This document shows, piece by piece, positions 19,661 to 30,943 of a stretch of 64,000 nt of DNA. The stretch covers positions 30,188 through 94,187 of the forward strand of contig JANOQI010000011.1 of the NCBI GenBank assembly GCA_031414775.1, given 5' to 3'. The notes under the pieces are model-generated. The model saw only the letters and a list, made by a program, of their open reading frames with translations, was not told the origin of the DNA and made no database searches. A program made the position numbers and the translations under genes. Every line of letters begins with the position of its first letter. Within the stretch, counting starts at the first letter, position 1. The DNA is from Synechococcales cyanobacterium VAR_4_metabat_354 (GTDB lineage Bacteria; Cyanobacteriota; Cyanobacteriia; Cyanobacteriales; Chamaesiphonaceae).

Positions 19661-22162
19661 ATGTTTGAACGCTTTACAGAGAAAGCCATTAAGGTCATCA
19701 TGCTGGCCCAGGAAGAGGCACGTCGCCTGGGACACAATTTCGTCGGCACTGAACAAATCCTCTTGGGTTTGATTGGTGAAGGCACCGGAGTCGCGGCCAA
19801 AGTCCTAAAGTCGATGGGTGTCAATCTCAAAGATGCACGTATCGAAGTTGAAAAAATTATCGGTCGGGGTTCTGGATTTGTAGCGGTGGAAATTCCTTTC
19901 ACTCCCAGAGCTAAGCGTGTTTTAGAACTGTCCTTAGAAGAGGCCAGACAACTAGGGCATAACTATATTGGTACCGAACACTTGCTCCTAGGTCTGATCC
20001 GCGAAGGTGAAGGCGTAGCGGCTAGAGTGCTAGAAAACCTTGGCGTAGATCTTTCCAAGGTACGGACGCAGGTAATTCGGATGCTGGGTGAAACGGCAGA
20101 AGCAGTAGCTCCCGGTGGCGGTTCCTCCGGTCGTGGCAATAAAACACCCACTCTTGATGAGTTTGGCTCCAACCTAACTCAGATGGCAATGGATGGTAAG
20201 CTCGACCCGGTTGTTGGCCGCGCTAAAGAGATTGAGCGGGTCATTCAGATATTAGGTCGGCGTACAAAAAACAACCCTGTGCTCATTGGTGAACCCGGTG
20301 TTGGCAAAACGGCAATTGCTGAAGGTCTAGCACAACGGATTATTGCTGCTGACGTTCCAGACATCTTAGAAGACAAGAGGGTAATGACTCTCGATATTGG
20401 TCTACTAGTGGCTGGTACCAAATATCGAGGGGAATTTGAAGAGCGTCTGAAAAAGATCATGGACGAAATCCGCCAAGCGGGTAACGTGATCTTGGTCATT
20501 GACGAGGTTCACACCTTAATTGGTGCAGGAGCCGCCGAGGGCGCGATCGATGCCGCCAACATCCTCAAACCAGCTTTGGCCAGAGGTGAGTTGCAGTGTA
20601 TCGGGGCTACCACCCTAGACGAGTATCGTAAACATATTGAACGCGATGCGGCTCTGGAGCGGCGTTTCCAACCAGTGATGGTCGGCGAACCGAGCGTAGC
20701 TGAAACTATTGAGATTCTGCATGGTTTGCGCGAACGCTATGAGCAGCATCACAAATTGCGAATTACGGATGACGCTCTTAAGGCTGCTGCCGAGTTAGCT
20801 GACCGGTATATTGCCGATAGGTTCCTGCCGGATAAGGCAATCGATCTGATGGACGAAGCTGGTTCGCGGGTAAGATTACTCAACTCCCAATTACCGGCTG
20901 CTGCCAAAGATTTAGACAAAGAGCTACGTCAAGTCCTCAAGGACAAAGATGATGCCGTTAGGTCTCAAGACTTTGAAAAGGCCGGTCAGCTCAAAGACCG
21001 CGAGTTAGAGATCAAAGCTGAGATCAAAAACATCGCTCAGGCCAAGCGGGCTGAATCAGCTGAAAACAAAGATGCCAAGACTCCGGACGTAACAGAAGAA
21101 GACATCGCGCACATTGTAGCCTCTTGGACTGGCGTACCAGTGAGCAAGCTCACTGAATCGGAATCGATCAAGCTGCTGCATATGGAGGAAACTCTACACC
21201 AGCGCCTGATTGGTCAAGATGAAGCGGTAAGAGCCGTATCGCGTGCTATTCGGCGCGCCCGGGTCGGACTAAAAAATCCGAACCGTCCGATCGCCAGCTT
21301 TATCTTCTCCGGTCCTACTGGAGTTGGTAAAACTGAGTTGACCAAGGCGCTAGCAGCTTACTTCTTTGGTTCCGAGGAATCGATGATTCGGCTGGACATG
21401 TCGGAATACATGGAACGGCACACGGTTTCCAAGCTGATTGGTTCGCCCCCAGGCTATGTGGGCTTCAACGAAGGCGGTCAACTGACTGAAGCTGTGCGTC
21501 GTCGTCCCTATACCGTTGTGCTTTTCGATGAAATCGAAAAAGCGCATCCCGACATCTTTAACATGTTGCTGCAAATCTTAGAAGATGGCCGCTTGACTGA
21601 TTCTAAGGGTCGCACGGTGGACTTCAAAAACACCCTGCTGATCATGACTTCTAACATCGGTTCTAAGGTAATCGAGAAGGGCGGCGGTGGTCTAGGCTTT
21701 GAGTTTGAAGACAACAAAACCGAAGCTACCTACAACCGGATCAAGAGCTTAGTAAATGAAGAGCTGAAGAACTACTTCCGCCCTGAATTCCTCAACCGTC
21801 TGGATGAAATCATCGTCTTCCAACAACTGACCAAGGACGAAGTCAAGCATATTGCCGATATTATGCTGGCCGACCTGTTTAAGCGCTTGACCGAAAAAGG
21901 TATCACCCTAGAAGTCACCGAGAAGTTTAAAGGTCGCCTGATCGAAGAAGGCTATAACCCAGCCTATGGCGCTCGTCCGCTGCGGCGCGCCATTATGCGT
22001 CTGCTAGAAGATGTGTTGGCTGAGGAAATGCTCTCTGGTCGTTTAAATGAAGGTGATTCGGGCATCGTCGATTTAGATGATGACAACAAAGCCTTTGTCC
22101 GGGAGAATCCCAATCCCCCAGCAGTGCCCGAAGACCAAGCGGTCTTGAGTACTGTCGAGTAG
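19661..22162 (+). CDS. clpC: ATP-dependent Clp protease ATP-binding subunit
   Basis: [26 protein letters not shown] start; two AAA modules ([16 protein letters not shown]). Confidence 0.98.
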   Translation: MFERFTEKAIKVIMLAQEEARRLGHNFVGTEQILLGLIGEGTGVAAKVLKSMGVNLKDARIEVEKIIGRGSGFVAVEIPFTPRAKRVLELSLEEARQLGHNYIGTEHLLLGLIREGEGVAARVLENLGVDLSKVRTQVIRMLGETAEAVAPGGGSSGRGNKTPTLDEFGSNLTQMAMDGKLDPVVGRAKEIERVIQILGRRTKNNPVLIGEPGVGKTAIAEGLAQRIIAADVPDILEDKRVMTLDIGLLVAGTKYRGEFEERLKKIMDEIRQAGNVILVIDEVHTLIGAGAAEGAIDAANILKPALARGELQCIGATTLDEYRKHIERDAALERRFQPVMVGEPSVAETIEILHGLRERYEQHHKLRITDDALKAAAELADRYIADRFLPDKAIDLMDEAGSRVRLLNSQLPAAAKDLDKELRQVLKDKDDAVRSQDFEKAGQLKDRELEIKAEIKNIAQAKRAESAENKDAKTPDVTEEDIAHIVASWTGVPVSKLTESESIKLLHMEETLHQRLIGQDEAVRAVSRAIRRARVGLKNPNRPIASFIFSGPTGVGKTELTKALAAYFFGSEESMIRLDMSEYMERHTVSKLIGSPPGYVGFNEGGQLTEAVRRRPYTVVLFDEIEKAHPDIFNMLLQILEDGRLTDSKGRTVDFKNTLLIMTSNIGSKVIEKGGGGLGFEFEDNKTEATYNRIKSLVNEELKNYFRPEFLNRLDEIIVFQQLTKDEVKHIADIMLADLFKRLTEKGITLEVTEKFKGRLIEEGYNPAYGARPLRRAIMRLLEDVLAEEMLSGRLNEGDSGIVDLDDDNKAFVRENPNPPAVPEDQAVLSTVE

Positions 22163-22175
22163 GATCTAATCCATG

Positions 22176-22211
22176 AAAAAGCTCCGCTGTCAGTAGACAG
22201 CGGAGCTTTTT
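22176..22211. terminator. bidirectional intrinsic terminator between clpC and guaA
   Basis: AAAAAGCTCCGCTGTC-AGTA-GACAGCGGAGCTTTTT perfect hairpin between convergent genes. Confidence 0.92.
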
Positions 22212-22241
22212 AATGGATCAAGATCTAATTTCTATACCAAC

Positions 22242-23858
22242 CTATTCCCATTCGATCGTACCAGGAGGCTTCGAGGTAATATCGTAAACCACTCGATTCA
22301 CACCTTTTACCTCGTTCACAATCCGATTAGAGATAATCTCCAATACATCATAGGGAACCCGCGACCAATCTGCCGTCATCCCATCTTCACTAGAAACAAA
22401 GCGCAGGACGATCGGATGAGCATAGGTTCGCTGATCGCCCATTACCCCCACACTTTTTACCTCAGCCAGCAATACGGCAAAAGCCTGCCAAACATCATTG
22501 TACAAGCCGTGACGATTGACTTCTTGGCGCACTATTAAATCGGCATCCCGGAGCGTATTTAAACGTGCCGCCGTTACTTCACCCATAATCCGAATCGCTA
22601 AACCAGGACCGGGAAAAGGCTGTCGATTGACGATTTCCTCGGGGAGGTTCAGCACCTTACCAACTTTACGTACTTCGTCTTTAAACAGCTTGCGCAGCGG
22701 TTCCACCAGCTTGAACTGTAAATCCTTGGGCAAACCACCCACATTGTGGTGACTCTTAATTTTGACTGCTACCCGCTCACCAGTCTGCGGATCAACATTG
22801 GTATCAGCAGATTCAATTACATCGGGGTAGAGAGTACCCTGGGCTAGATAGTCAAAAGGACCAAACTTCTTCGATTCCTCCTCAAAGACCCGAATAAATT
22901 CAGTGCCAATAATTTTGCGTTTTTCTTCTGGGTCAGTAACCCCGGCGACCGCATTGATAAATCTTTCTCGTGCCATCACATGCACGACCGGAATATGAAA
23001 CTGCTCTTTAAAAAGCGTTACCAAGCGCTCTGGCTCTAGCTTGCGCATGAAACCCTGATCGATAAACATGCAGGTGAGCTGATCGCCGATCGCTCGATGC
23101 AGTAAAAAGGCCAGCGTCGAAGAATCAACACCACCAGATAGAGCTAACAAGACTCGTTTATCACCTACTCGCGCTCGTACTTCCCTAATCGCTTCTTCCA
23201 CAAAAGCTTCTGTTGTCCAAGTGGGCTGGCAACCGCAGATGTGATAGACAAAGTTGCTAATCAGAGCAAAACCATCGATCGAATGCACCACTTCTGGGTG
23301 AAATTGCACCCCATAAAGATGGCGCTGGTGATCTGCAATCGCCGCGCAGGGTGTGTTCTCAGTGTGCGCCAGCAACTCAAAACCGGCAGGTAGTTGCGTA
23401 CAAGAGTCACCATGACTCATCCACATCGTGCTGTTTTCAGCCACATTGGTAAGCAGATCAGTCGGGTCATCGATCCGGATGGCAGCTTTGCCATACTCTG
23501 CTCGCTTCGCTTTAATAACCTCGCCACCCAACTGCTGCACCATCAGCTGCATACCATAGCAGACGCCCAAAACCGGAATACCTAAAGCCCAGATCGCCGG
23601 GTCGCATTGCGGTGCTCCGGTGTCATAGACCGAGCTGGGTCCACCAGAGAGGATAATGCCTTGGGGGTTGAGTAGCTTTAACTGTTCGGCACTAGTCCGA
23701 TAAGAAATTACTTCCGAATATACTTGTGTTTCTCGAATACGTCTGGCGATTAGCTCGGAGTACTGCGAACCAAAATCTAGGATAACGATAATCTGACGGT
23801 GAAGTTTACTGGTGATGGATTGTTCTTGACCAGTAATAGTTTGAATTTCGGCGGTCAC
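22242..23858 (-). CDS. guaA: GMP synthase (glutamine-hydrolysing)
   Basis: [35 protein letters not shown] and KPPGTIEWE motifs. Confidence 0.98.
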   Translation of the reverse strand: MTAEIQTITGQEQSITSKLHRQIIVILDFGSQYSELIARRIRETQVYSEVISYRTSAEQLKLLNPQGIILSGGPSSVYDTGAPQCDPAIWALGIPVLGVCYGMQLMVQQLGGEVIKAKRAEYGKAAIRIDDPTDLLTNVAENSTMWMSHGDSCTQLPAGFELLAHTENTPCAAIADHQRHLYGVQFHPEVVHSIDGFALISNFVYHICGCQPTWTTEAFVEEAIREVRARVGDKRVLLALSGGVDSSTLAFLLHRAIGDQLTCMFIDQGFMRKLEPERLVTLFKEQFHIPVVHVMARERFINAVAGVTDPEEKRKIIGTEFIRVFEEESKKFGPFDYLAQGTLYPDVIESADTNVDPQTGERVAVKIKSHHNVGGLPKDLQFKLVEPLRKLFKDEVRKVGKVLNLPEEIVNRQPFPGPGLAIRIMGEVTAARLNTLRDADLIVRQEVNRHGLYNDVWQAFAVLLAEVKSVGVMGDQRTYAHPIVLRFVSSEDGMTADWSRVPYDVLEIISNRIVNEVKGVNRVVYDITSKPPGTIEWE

Positions 23859-23994
23859 TGCGGGGCTCCCTAATCGCGACGTTGAATGAATGTAACAGGG
23901 ATCAGAATTTTACTAGTAGTTGGTCTTGAAAAGGAAAATATCGAACCAAATAAAATATTCGATTAAACTTAGCACAATTGTGACCAAAAAACTT

Positions 23995-24201
23995 TTACTC
24001 TGGCCATTCTGGAATTACCCATTGGGGTGGAGCCATCATTTTTTTGCGGCGGGCTTCCTCGGCCATTTCATGCATTTGATCGATCGAAGTTTCGCCAATA
24101 AAGTTAGCCGCCGCGTTGATATGAGCCTCGCCTGGACAGTTATCTGGCTGTAGGCAACCATTTTGACATTCGGTAGCGCAGTTAATAGTTGAAGTTTCCA
24201 T
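23995..24201 (-). CDS. small hypothetical protein with a CxxxCxxxCx5CP motif
   Basis: 68 aa, ATG start, co-oriented with its neighbours; NCATECQNGC...NCP and AEEARRKK...PQWVIPE resemble a conserved cyanobacterial small protein. Confidence 0.75.
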   Translation of the reverse strand: METSTINCATECQNGCLQPDNCPGEAHINAAANFIGETSIDQMHEMAEEARRKKMMAPPQWVIPEWPE

Positions 24202-24336
24202 GCTTAAAAAAATTGAATAATAATCTAAATAACCTTCCCAAAGTATAGAAAATGACTGCTGACCAATGCAAGTAAGCTTGCTTAGGAATCAACAGCCATC
24301 AATAAACTAATAAATTGAAACGAATTGATCGCTTAG

Positions 24337-25968
24337 TTATCGACGATCAGACTTATAACTAGTCAACCATTCGCGTAGCTGTTCACCAGCCACATCTCGA
24401 CCACCTAAGCCAAAGGCGATTGCACTAGCAATGGCGATCGCACCTAAGCTCAAACCAAACGCCAAGTTCACAATATCGGGAGCAATACCCATCCGCTGCA
24501 AGCCCATCGCGCTGACCAGCACAATGATTACCACCCGAGCCGCCTGCGCCAAGATATTGGCTTGACGATTGCCCGCTGAGTTAATCAATCGGTAGGCCAA
24601 GTTAGCCAAGAATAAGCCGATGGCTACCACCACCAAGCCAGCCAGAATTTGACCAGCAATTACCAAAATACTTTTGGTAATGTTAGTCAGGGCTGGAATT
24701 TTCAGAACATCCATAGCCGACACTACGGCTAGCAGCATGGTACCCACTAAAGTCACAATCCCAGCAATTTCGGATGGAGTTTTAGCCTGGATTCGGGTTT
24801 GATTAGGTGCGGCCTCGTCAACCAAACTACTCAGACCCAATGTCCGAATAATGTTATTGAAACCCATCGCCGACAAGGTACTAGTTACTAATTCACTGAG
24901 AAAGCGACCAATAAAGTAAGAAAGACCAATCAATGCTCCAGCTGTAAATATGCGGGGTAGCATTAGCATTACTTCGTTCAGCATGGTGACTGCTGGATCA
25001 GAAATGGCCGCAATGTCTAATGCTTGTAATGCCGAGATAATTCCTGGTACCAGAATCAAGACATAAACAATGGTGCCAACAATACCAGCCAGAGTCTGGT
25101 TCGATGTTCTCGGTGGACTAGGTGGTGTAGCCTGACCAGGTGCTGTCCGAGGAATCGGAGGCCGGTTAAAACCAAGATTGGCGGCCAAACGCTCGGAGCC
25201 AGCTGCAATCGCGACATTGATCACAATATCACGCACAATCCGAGCAATAAACCAACTTACTAGTCCAATGATGCCAGCCTTAAAGATCTTAGGCACGGCA
25301 CTGATCATATCGCTAGTCAGGTTTTGCACTGGAGCTAGAGAACCGCTTAATCCGATCGCTTCCAGAATGGGACTCAGGAAGAAGAGCAAAATTAGCCAAA
25401 AGCTCAAATTGGCCATGGTCACGCTGGGTAGCATGGCATTGTGGCTATTGGTATCAACTTGCAACTTACGATCAAGACTAAAAGATTCAGAGACCCGCAA
25501 AATTAGCATTTTGACGGCGGTGGCTACTAGCCAGGCAACTACTGCCAGAGCCGCTGCTGAAAATATTTTGGGTAAGAATCCCAATACTTGATGGAGTAAT
25601 TCCTGCAAAGGGGCGGAAACACCGCTCAGATTCAGGGCATTCAAAAAACCGACAACACCAAAGAGAAAAACAATCCAAAAAACGATTGTCGAAACAATCC
25701 TCTCTGGCTTAATACCGCCGCCCGCTGAACCGCCAGTAAAATTACTCAGAAGTTGATTATCGATATTAGTTTTAGACAGCAGACTGCTAGCGATCCAACC
25801 GGCAATTAAGGCTACGATCCAACCAATTAGTAATATGCTAATTGCCGCCAGCAGGCTAGGCAAAAAGCCCACCACTTGTCCAACGAACTTATTAACATCT
25901 ACTCCCACTAATGCTTGCATGACCAGCACTTGTGACTGAAAAGTCATAGATTGCCAAATTTCATTCAT
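24337..25968 (-). CDS. TM-helix repeat membrane protein (mechanosensitive-channel-associated family)
   Basis: Repeated xLPxIxxA helical units; C-terminal AIAFGLGGRDVA motif. Confidence 0.85.
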   Translation of the reverse strand: MNEIWQSMTFQSQVLVMQALVGVDVNKFVGQVVGFLPSLLAAISILLIGWIVALIAGWIASSLLSKTNIDNQLLSNFTGGSAGGGIKPERIVSTIVFWIVFLFGVVGFLNALNLSGVSAPLQELLHQVLGFLPKIFSAAALAVVAWLVATAVKMLILRVSESFSLDRKLQVDTNSHNAMLPSVTMANLSFWLILLFFLSPILEAIGLSGSLAPVQNLTSDMISAVPKIFKAGIIGLVSWFIARIVRDIVINVAIAAGSERLAANLGFNRPPIPRTAPGQATPPSPPRTSNQTLAGIVGTIVYVLILVPGIISALQALDIAAISDPAVTMLNEVMLMLPRIFTAGALIGLSYFIGRFLSELVTSTLSAMGFNNIIRTLGLSSLVDEAAPNQTRIQAKTPSEIAGIVTLVGTMLLAVVSAMDVLKIPALTNITKSILVIAGQILAGLVVVAIGLFLANLAYRLINSAGNRQANILAQAARVVIIVLVSAMGLQRMGIAPDIVNLAFGLSLGAIAIASAIAFGLGGRDVAGEQLREWLTSYKSDRR

Positions 25969-26471
25969 AGATGCACCATACTCACAGATAGAAGCTGTTG
26001 ACGATTTATACAACCGCAATCTCTTCGAGGGTCAACTATATGTAGCTGCCAGAATCCAAGAGATGCTAATGATTCTACGAATTTTCGTTAGCAATCACAA
26101 ATTCGCTAGTTACAAACCGTAACAATTTCACACTTCTTGATAGTTATAAATATGCTACACGATTACAAAATCTCGCGAGTATTAAAAATTAAAATTAGTA
26201 AATAACTAAATTCAAAAGCGTTGTCCACAGGACTCCTAGCAAATAGCTTGAGATTACAGACTTCATAAAATATATATTTTATGTAGCATAATAAAGAAGA
26301 TAATTACAGGATATCAATTACATTTATTAACTTCTTTATTAGCTAATACATTTCTCTAATCACATTTAAAACTTTTCCAACCACAGTTTTAAAATTCAGT
26401 GTTTAAAAATGGTGATACTGACAACTCTCTTTAATTTTCTAACTCTATAAATATCAGCATTTTAGCGCTTG

Positions 26472-27242
26472 CTAATTTGGCACTAGTTGATCATCTTTGG
26501 CCAAACAGCCATCTTCTAGATGCACGATTCGATCGGCTACATCCAAAATCCGGTTGTCATGAGTCACCATCAAAATGGTGGTGCCTTGCTCCTTGGCTAA
26601 CCGCTGCATAATAGTCACTACGTCCCGCCCAGACTTACTATCTAAAGCTGCTGTCGGTTCGTCCGCCAACACTAACTTCGGACGACTCATTAAGGCTCTA
26701 GCGATCGCCACCCGCTGTTTTTGGCCACCCGATAGGCTCTCAGGGTAATAAGTCTTGCGATCGGACAAACCCACGGCATCCAGCATGGCGGCGGCGCGTT
26801 GCTGGGTTTCTTTATTACTAATATGAGCGTGCAGTTGCCCGGACATTTCTACATTTTGCAGAGCTGTCAGGGACTTAAGCAGATTATGAGCCTGGAAAAT
26901 ATAGCCAATGTTCCGGCGCATTTTGGTCAGGTTGCTTTTGCTAGCGCCAATCAATTCGTCCCCCAGCACCTTCAGGCTGCCTTCTTGCGGCGATCGCAAA
27001 CCACCCATCAAAGTTAGTAAAGTAGTCTTACCCGAGCCGGAGGGACCAGTCATAATCACCAATTCGCCTTTCCCCACTTGCAAACTGATATCGGATAAAA
27101 CTTGCTTGCGGAGGGAGCCTTTGCCAAAGTAATGATTGAGGCGATCGATCGATACTACCACCTCCTCAAAGTGATGTTTGGGCTGAATAGTTTGTAGCTC
27201 TGGTGCTTTGCCATTGAGATTGGTATTAATGGTATCAAACAT
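26472..27242 (-). CDS. devA: DevA-family ABC exporter ATPase
   Basis: GPSGSGKTT, LSGGQKQRVAIARAL and LADEPTAALD motifs; follows devC. Confidence 0.92.
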   Translation of the reverse strand: MFDTINTNLNGKAPELQTIQPKHHFEEVVVSIDRLNHYFGKGSLRKQVLSDISLQVGKGELVIMTGPSGSGKTTLLTLMGGLRSPQEGSLKVLGDELIGASKSNLTKMRRNIGYIFQAHNLLKSLTALQNVEMSGQLHAHISNKETQQRAAAMLDAVGLSDRKTYYPESLSGGQKQRVAIARALMSRPKLVLADEPTAALDSKSGRDVVTIMQRLAKEQGTTILMVTHDNRILDVADRIVHLEDGCLAKDDQLVPN

Positions 27243-27253
27243 AATAATTTCCT

Positions 27254-28426
27254 CTAGAACATATCAGCGGGGTCAGCGGCCCGCAGTTTCCGCACCGCGA
27301 TCGCCCCCGACACCAAGCACATAATAAAAGTCAAGAGCAATACCGTAGAGGCTCTGGCGACAGTCATCATTAACGGTAAATTAGTAGCATTTCGAGTCAT
27401 GGTGTATAAACCCACTGCCGCCAGCATCCCTGGAAAAAAGCCTACTATCGCGAGGATCACAGCTTCTTGGAAGACTATTATCAGTAAATAAAGGTCTGTA
27501 TAACCCATGGCTTTGAGCGTTGCGTATTCTGACAAATGGTCGGCTACATCCGTATAGAGAATTTGATACACAATTACGATACCCACAATAAAGCCCATGA
27601 TTGTGCCTAGGGTAAAAATGAATCCGATCGATGTGCCAGTTTGCCAATAGTTCAACTCAAAATCAATGAATTCTTCCCGGCTTAAGACCTTCACATCATC
27701 TGGCAATTGCTGATCTAGGAGCTTGATAGTTTGCTTTAAGTCTGATCCGGGCTGGAGACGGACAACGCCAATATCTATTAGTCCTTTATCTCGCTTAAAC
27801 AATCGGGTAAAGTTTGTATCACTAGTCATCACATTACCATCAGCGCCAAAGGATGCTCCCAGGGTAAACAAACCACCCACCTTTATTTTACGACTACGCA
27901 TCTCAGTGGTAACAGTTTTACCTTCCTTAAACCATTTACCCACATCGCCAAATTGTTCCCGCGACTGAATATCAAAAAGATAGGTGTCTGGCAACATAAT
28001 TTGGTCAATGTTTTTCTGGTCTTCTGATTTTTTACTAATGCCTGGCAGGTCAAATAGTCCTCGATCAACTGGGTTATAGCCAATCACCATCATACTTCTG
28101 GTAGTTTTATTTTCTGGGTTTTTCCAGAGACCAAAATCGAGATAAATTGGCGTAATCGCAACCACGTTACTGAGCGATCGACTTTGATAAAGACGTCGTA
28201 GCGGTAAGCTTTTCATTGCAATCAGCGAAGTAGACTGTGGACTAATCAGAAATACATCACCCTGAATACTTTTGTGTAGTGTCACAGCACTATCAAACAA
28301 CGCATCTCGAAAACCAAGTTGCATAAACATCAAAATATCAGCAAACGAGATCCCCGCGATCGCCACCATTAATCGAATTTTTTCGTGGCTGAGCTGCAAC
28401 CAAGCTAGCGGAATTTTTCCAAACAT
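27254..28426 (-). CDS. devC: DevC-family ABC exporter permease
   Basis: IPLAWLQL, MFMQLGFRDAL, YQILYTDV, EYATLKAMGY and ADPADMF motifs. Confidence 0.93.
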   Translation of the reverse strand: MFGKIPLAWLQLSHEKIRLMVAIAGISFADILMFMQLGFRDALFDSAVTLHKSIQGDVFLISPQSTSLIAMKSLPLRRLYQSRSLSNVVAITPIYLDFGLWKNPENKTTRSMMVIGYNPVDRGLFDLPGISKKSEDQKNIDQIMLPDTYLFDIQSREQFGDVGKWFKEGKTVTTEMRSRKIKVGGLFTLGASFGADGNVMTSDTNFTRLFKRDKGLIDIGVVRLQPGSDLKQTIKLLDQQLPDDVKVLSREEFIDFELNYWQTGTSIGFIFTLGTIMGFIVGIVIVYQILYTDVADHLSEYATLKAMGYTDLYLLIIVFQEAVILAIVGFFPGMLAAVGLYTMTRNATNLPLMMTVARASTVLLLTFIMCLVSGAIAVRKLRAADPADMF

Positions 28427-28438
28427 AGGTAATTAATG

Positions 28439-29977
28439 CTAGTTCTTGATTTTTATTTCTACTTTGGAGTTAGTTAAACCCCGGACTTGACTACTGTCCT
28501 GCGGATTGAGTGCCAGCTTTACTTCAACAATGCGGGAATCAGCGTCAGCTGCTGGGTCGGTATTTAGCACATCCTTTTTGGCGATCTGCTGCCCAATTTG
28601 ACTCACCGTGCCCTGGATCATGCCGGTAAAGGCACCAGTTTCACTCTTGATTTCAGCAATTTGTCCCATCTTAATCTTACCGATATCACTTTCATAGACT
28701 TCGGCCACAGCTACCATCTGCTCGTTTTGAGCCAGCTCAATAATGCCCTTGCTATTAGTGGCTTCACCCGGTCTGGTGTAAATTTTAAAAACTTCCCCAG
28801 CAATTGGTGCCCGGATATAAGCCAATTCCAAATCGGCCTTGACCTGCCGAGCGGCTGCGATCGAACTAGCAACTTCCGCCTCCGCCGACTTCACATCCAC
28901 TGGTCGTACTTCCGAAATCTTGGCCGCAGTGGCTTTTGCTCCGATGATTTGCTCATTGAGGGTCGCGGCTGTCCGATTGTAGGTAGCTTCGGCTTCCTTA
29001 ATCTGTTGCGTCAAGTTACTCACAATTCGCTTCTGGGTTGCCGTATTTTCGGCAATTTGCTGTTTGATAATACTAATGCTCTGCTGATATTGAGCCTTAG
29101 TTTCGGTCAATTGCTCTTGCACGGTGGCTTGCTCTAAGCACTTGCTATCGCGCAAACTGGCTTGGATGGCCTTCTCGGCAAACAGCGTATTGTAACGCTG
29201 ACACTCCACCGTAGCATTGCGTAACTGCGCACTGAAACGACTAATCCGCGCCTGATAGGTCGGTTTTTCTCCAGCCAATTGCGCTGACAGCGCCTGAATT
29301 TTAGAGCTTTGCGCCTGTGGCTCAAAAATCAGTTGTTCTTTTAACCGAGTCAGAGTAGCTTTGGCAGTAGCAGTTTCCCCGCGCAGCTGCTGTTGAAAGC
29401 GGTTAACTTCAGATCGTTGTGCCGAAATTTCCCCAGCTTGGGCACCGGATTTTACTTTGTTGAGCTTAGCTTGGGCCACTCGGATATCTTCTTGGGCTTT
29501 AGCCAACTGTGCTTGCTTGGTATTGCTACTATCCAAAATAGCCACCACCTGGCCAACAGTTACCCGATCACCCTCCTTGACTAGTAGCTTTTTGAGTAAA
29601 CTACCTTGCGCCGAAGAAGCCCCTAACCTGATGACCTCACTTTCTGGTTCCAAACGCCCCAGCGCTGAGACAGCGTTAATTTTAGTTTCTGGAGCTGACG
29701 ACGCTGTTATTTTCGGGTCGGCTTTGGGAGATGTCACCCCTGTCAAATACAAACTAGCTGGTATAGCCAATAATCCTGCCGCCGCTAATACCCACACCCA
29801 TTTATTAGAAAGCCAAGAATTTGCCTCTGCTACTGGCTCAGACTCGATGACAGGAGTTAACTCATCGATGTCTTCGTTGTGATCAATGATGGTTGGTTCA
29901 TCAGCCGGTGACACTAATTCAGCATCGGTTACCGGATTGTTCAATCTATTGTCCATTCCGGGTTGAGATTGTGGCAT
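28439..29977 (-). CDS. devB: DevB-family membrane fusion protein
   Basis: VSALGRLEP, long coiled coil, AEVYESDI and DSRIVEVK motifs. Confidence 0.9.
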   Translation of the reverse strand: MPQSQPGMDNRLNNPVTDAELVSPADEPTIIDHNEDIDELTPVIESEPVAEANSWLSNKWVWVLAAAGLLAIPASLYLTGVTSPKADPKITASSAPETKINAVSALGRLEPESEVIRLGASSAQGSLLKKLLVKEGDRVTVGQVVAILDSSNTKQAQLAKAQEDIRVAQAKLNKVKSGAQAGEISAQRSEVNRFQQQLRGETATAKATLTRLKEQLIFEPQAQSSKIQALSAQLAGEKPTYQARISRFSAQLRNATVECQRYNTLFAEKAIQASLRDSKCLEQATVQEQLTETKAQYQQSISIIKQQIAENTATQKRIVSNLTQQIKEAEATYNRTAATLNEQIIGAKATAAKISEVRPVDVKSAEAEVASSIAAARQVKADLELAYIRAPIAGEVFKIYTRPGEATNSKGIIELAQNEQMVAVAEVYESDIGKIKMGQIAEIKSETGAFTGMIQGTVSQIGQQIAKKDVLNTDPAADADSRIVEVKLALNPQDSSQVRGLTNSKVEIKIKN

Positions 29978-30105
29978 AGGAGCTGTCCAGAGTGAAGTTT
30001 GGCAAAATCGCAATAAAACTATACAAGCGATTTTGAATAATAAAATGAGGGATAGTCGTTTTGCAATAAAATCGCTTATCCCTCAAGCAAGCTGAACCCA
30101 ATAAT

Positions 30106-30152
30106 TAACTTACTTGTTAGTTATCTTACCTAGCTGCTTAGGCCCCTGTCAA
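30106..30152 (-). promoter_or_regulatory. devBCA promoter with an adjacent TetR-type operator
   Basis: Minus strand TTGACA (30152-30147), 18 nt, TAAGAT (30128-30123); near-perfect palindrome TAACTTAC-TT-GTTAGTTA (30106-30123) covers the predicted start site; a TetR gene lies divergently. Confidence 0.65.
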
Positions 30153-30249
30153 GGGAGCAAAACTTCTGATTTTAAGTATTGGATCATAGAGACATCGGGT
30201 CTACAATGGACTCACTATTTAGTTAAAAAGCATCCACCACAGTATTGCA

Positions 30250-30930
30250 ATGAACATAGCCAAGAAACTCTGCCAGAAAACTTCTAGCCGCGATCCAGAA
30301 TTAACTAAGGCTAAGATCCTAGATGCAGCGGAGGCCGAGTTTGCAATCGGAGGTTTAACAGCAGCCCGGACTGAAGCGATTGCCGCCCAAACAGGGGTAA
30401 CAAAGGCAATGATTTATTACTATTTTGACAGTAAAGAAGACCTATACCGAGCTGTAATTGAGCGCTGTTTTAATGAAGATTTGATGCTAGTAGAATCCTT
30501 GCGTTTAGAAGACTTAGCACCCCAGGAAGCCTTGGTTACTGGTCTGCGGATGATGTTACAAATGATGTCCGCCAAACCTCACATGGCGAATATATTTGCT
30601 TTAGAATCAATCCAGAATAAAGGCAAATATTACCCGAAGCAGACCGCTGAAATTCTGTATGGCAAGCTGATGTGCTTATTGGAGCAAGGAATGGCCACCG
30701 GAGTATTTCGACCGTTAGAACCTCGCCACACGGCGATCAATATTGTGGGCACCTGTGCTTTTTACTTTATTAGTCTCGAAAACATCAAATATCTGTGGCC
30801 AGGTAAGAAGATGCTGGGCAAAGAGATGATGCAACAGCACGCTCAAGAAGCGATGGATATGATTTTGGCTGGCATTTTAGCTGAACCTTATGTAAGTAGA
30901 TCGATCGATGCCAATATTCCCGTTTTCTAG
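30250..30930 (+). CDS. TetR/AcrR family transcriptional regulator
   Basis: ILDAAEAEF...IAAQTGVTKAMIYYYFDSKEDLY helix-turn-helix. Confidence 0.93.
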   Translation: MNIAKKLCQKTSSRDPELTKAKILDAAEAEFAIGGLTAARTEAIAAQTGVTKAMIYYYFDSKEDLYRAVIERCFNEDLMLVESLRLEDLAPQEALVTGLRMMLQMMSAKPHMANIFALESIQNKGKYYPKQTAEILYGKLMCLLEQGMATGVFRPLEPRHTAINIVGTCAFYFISLENIKYLWPGKKMLGKEMMQQHAQEAMDMILAGILAEPYVSRSIDANIPVF

Positions 30931-30943
30931 ACTGAATTAATTT

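Noticed and set aside
26472..29977. devBCA as evidence of heterocyst formation
   Set aside because: DevBCA paralogues are common in non-heterocystous cyanobacteria; no hgl/het genes are nearby, and a TetR gene is adjacent.
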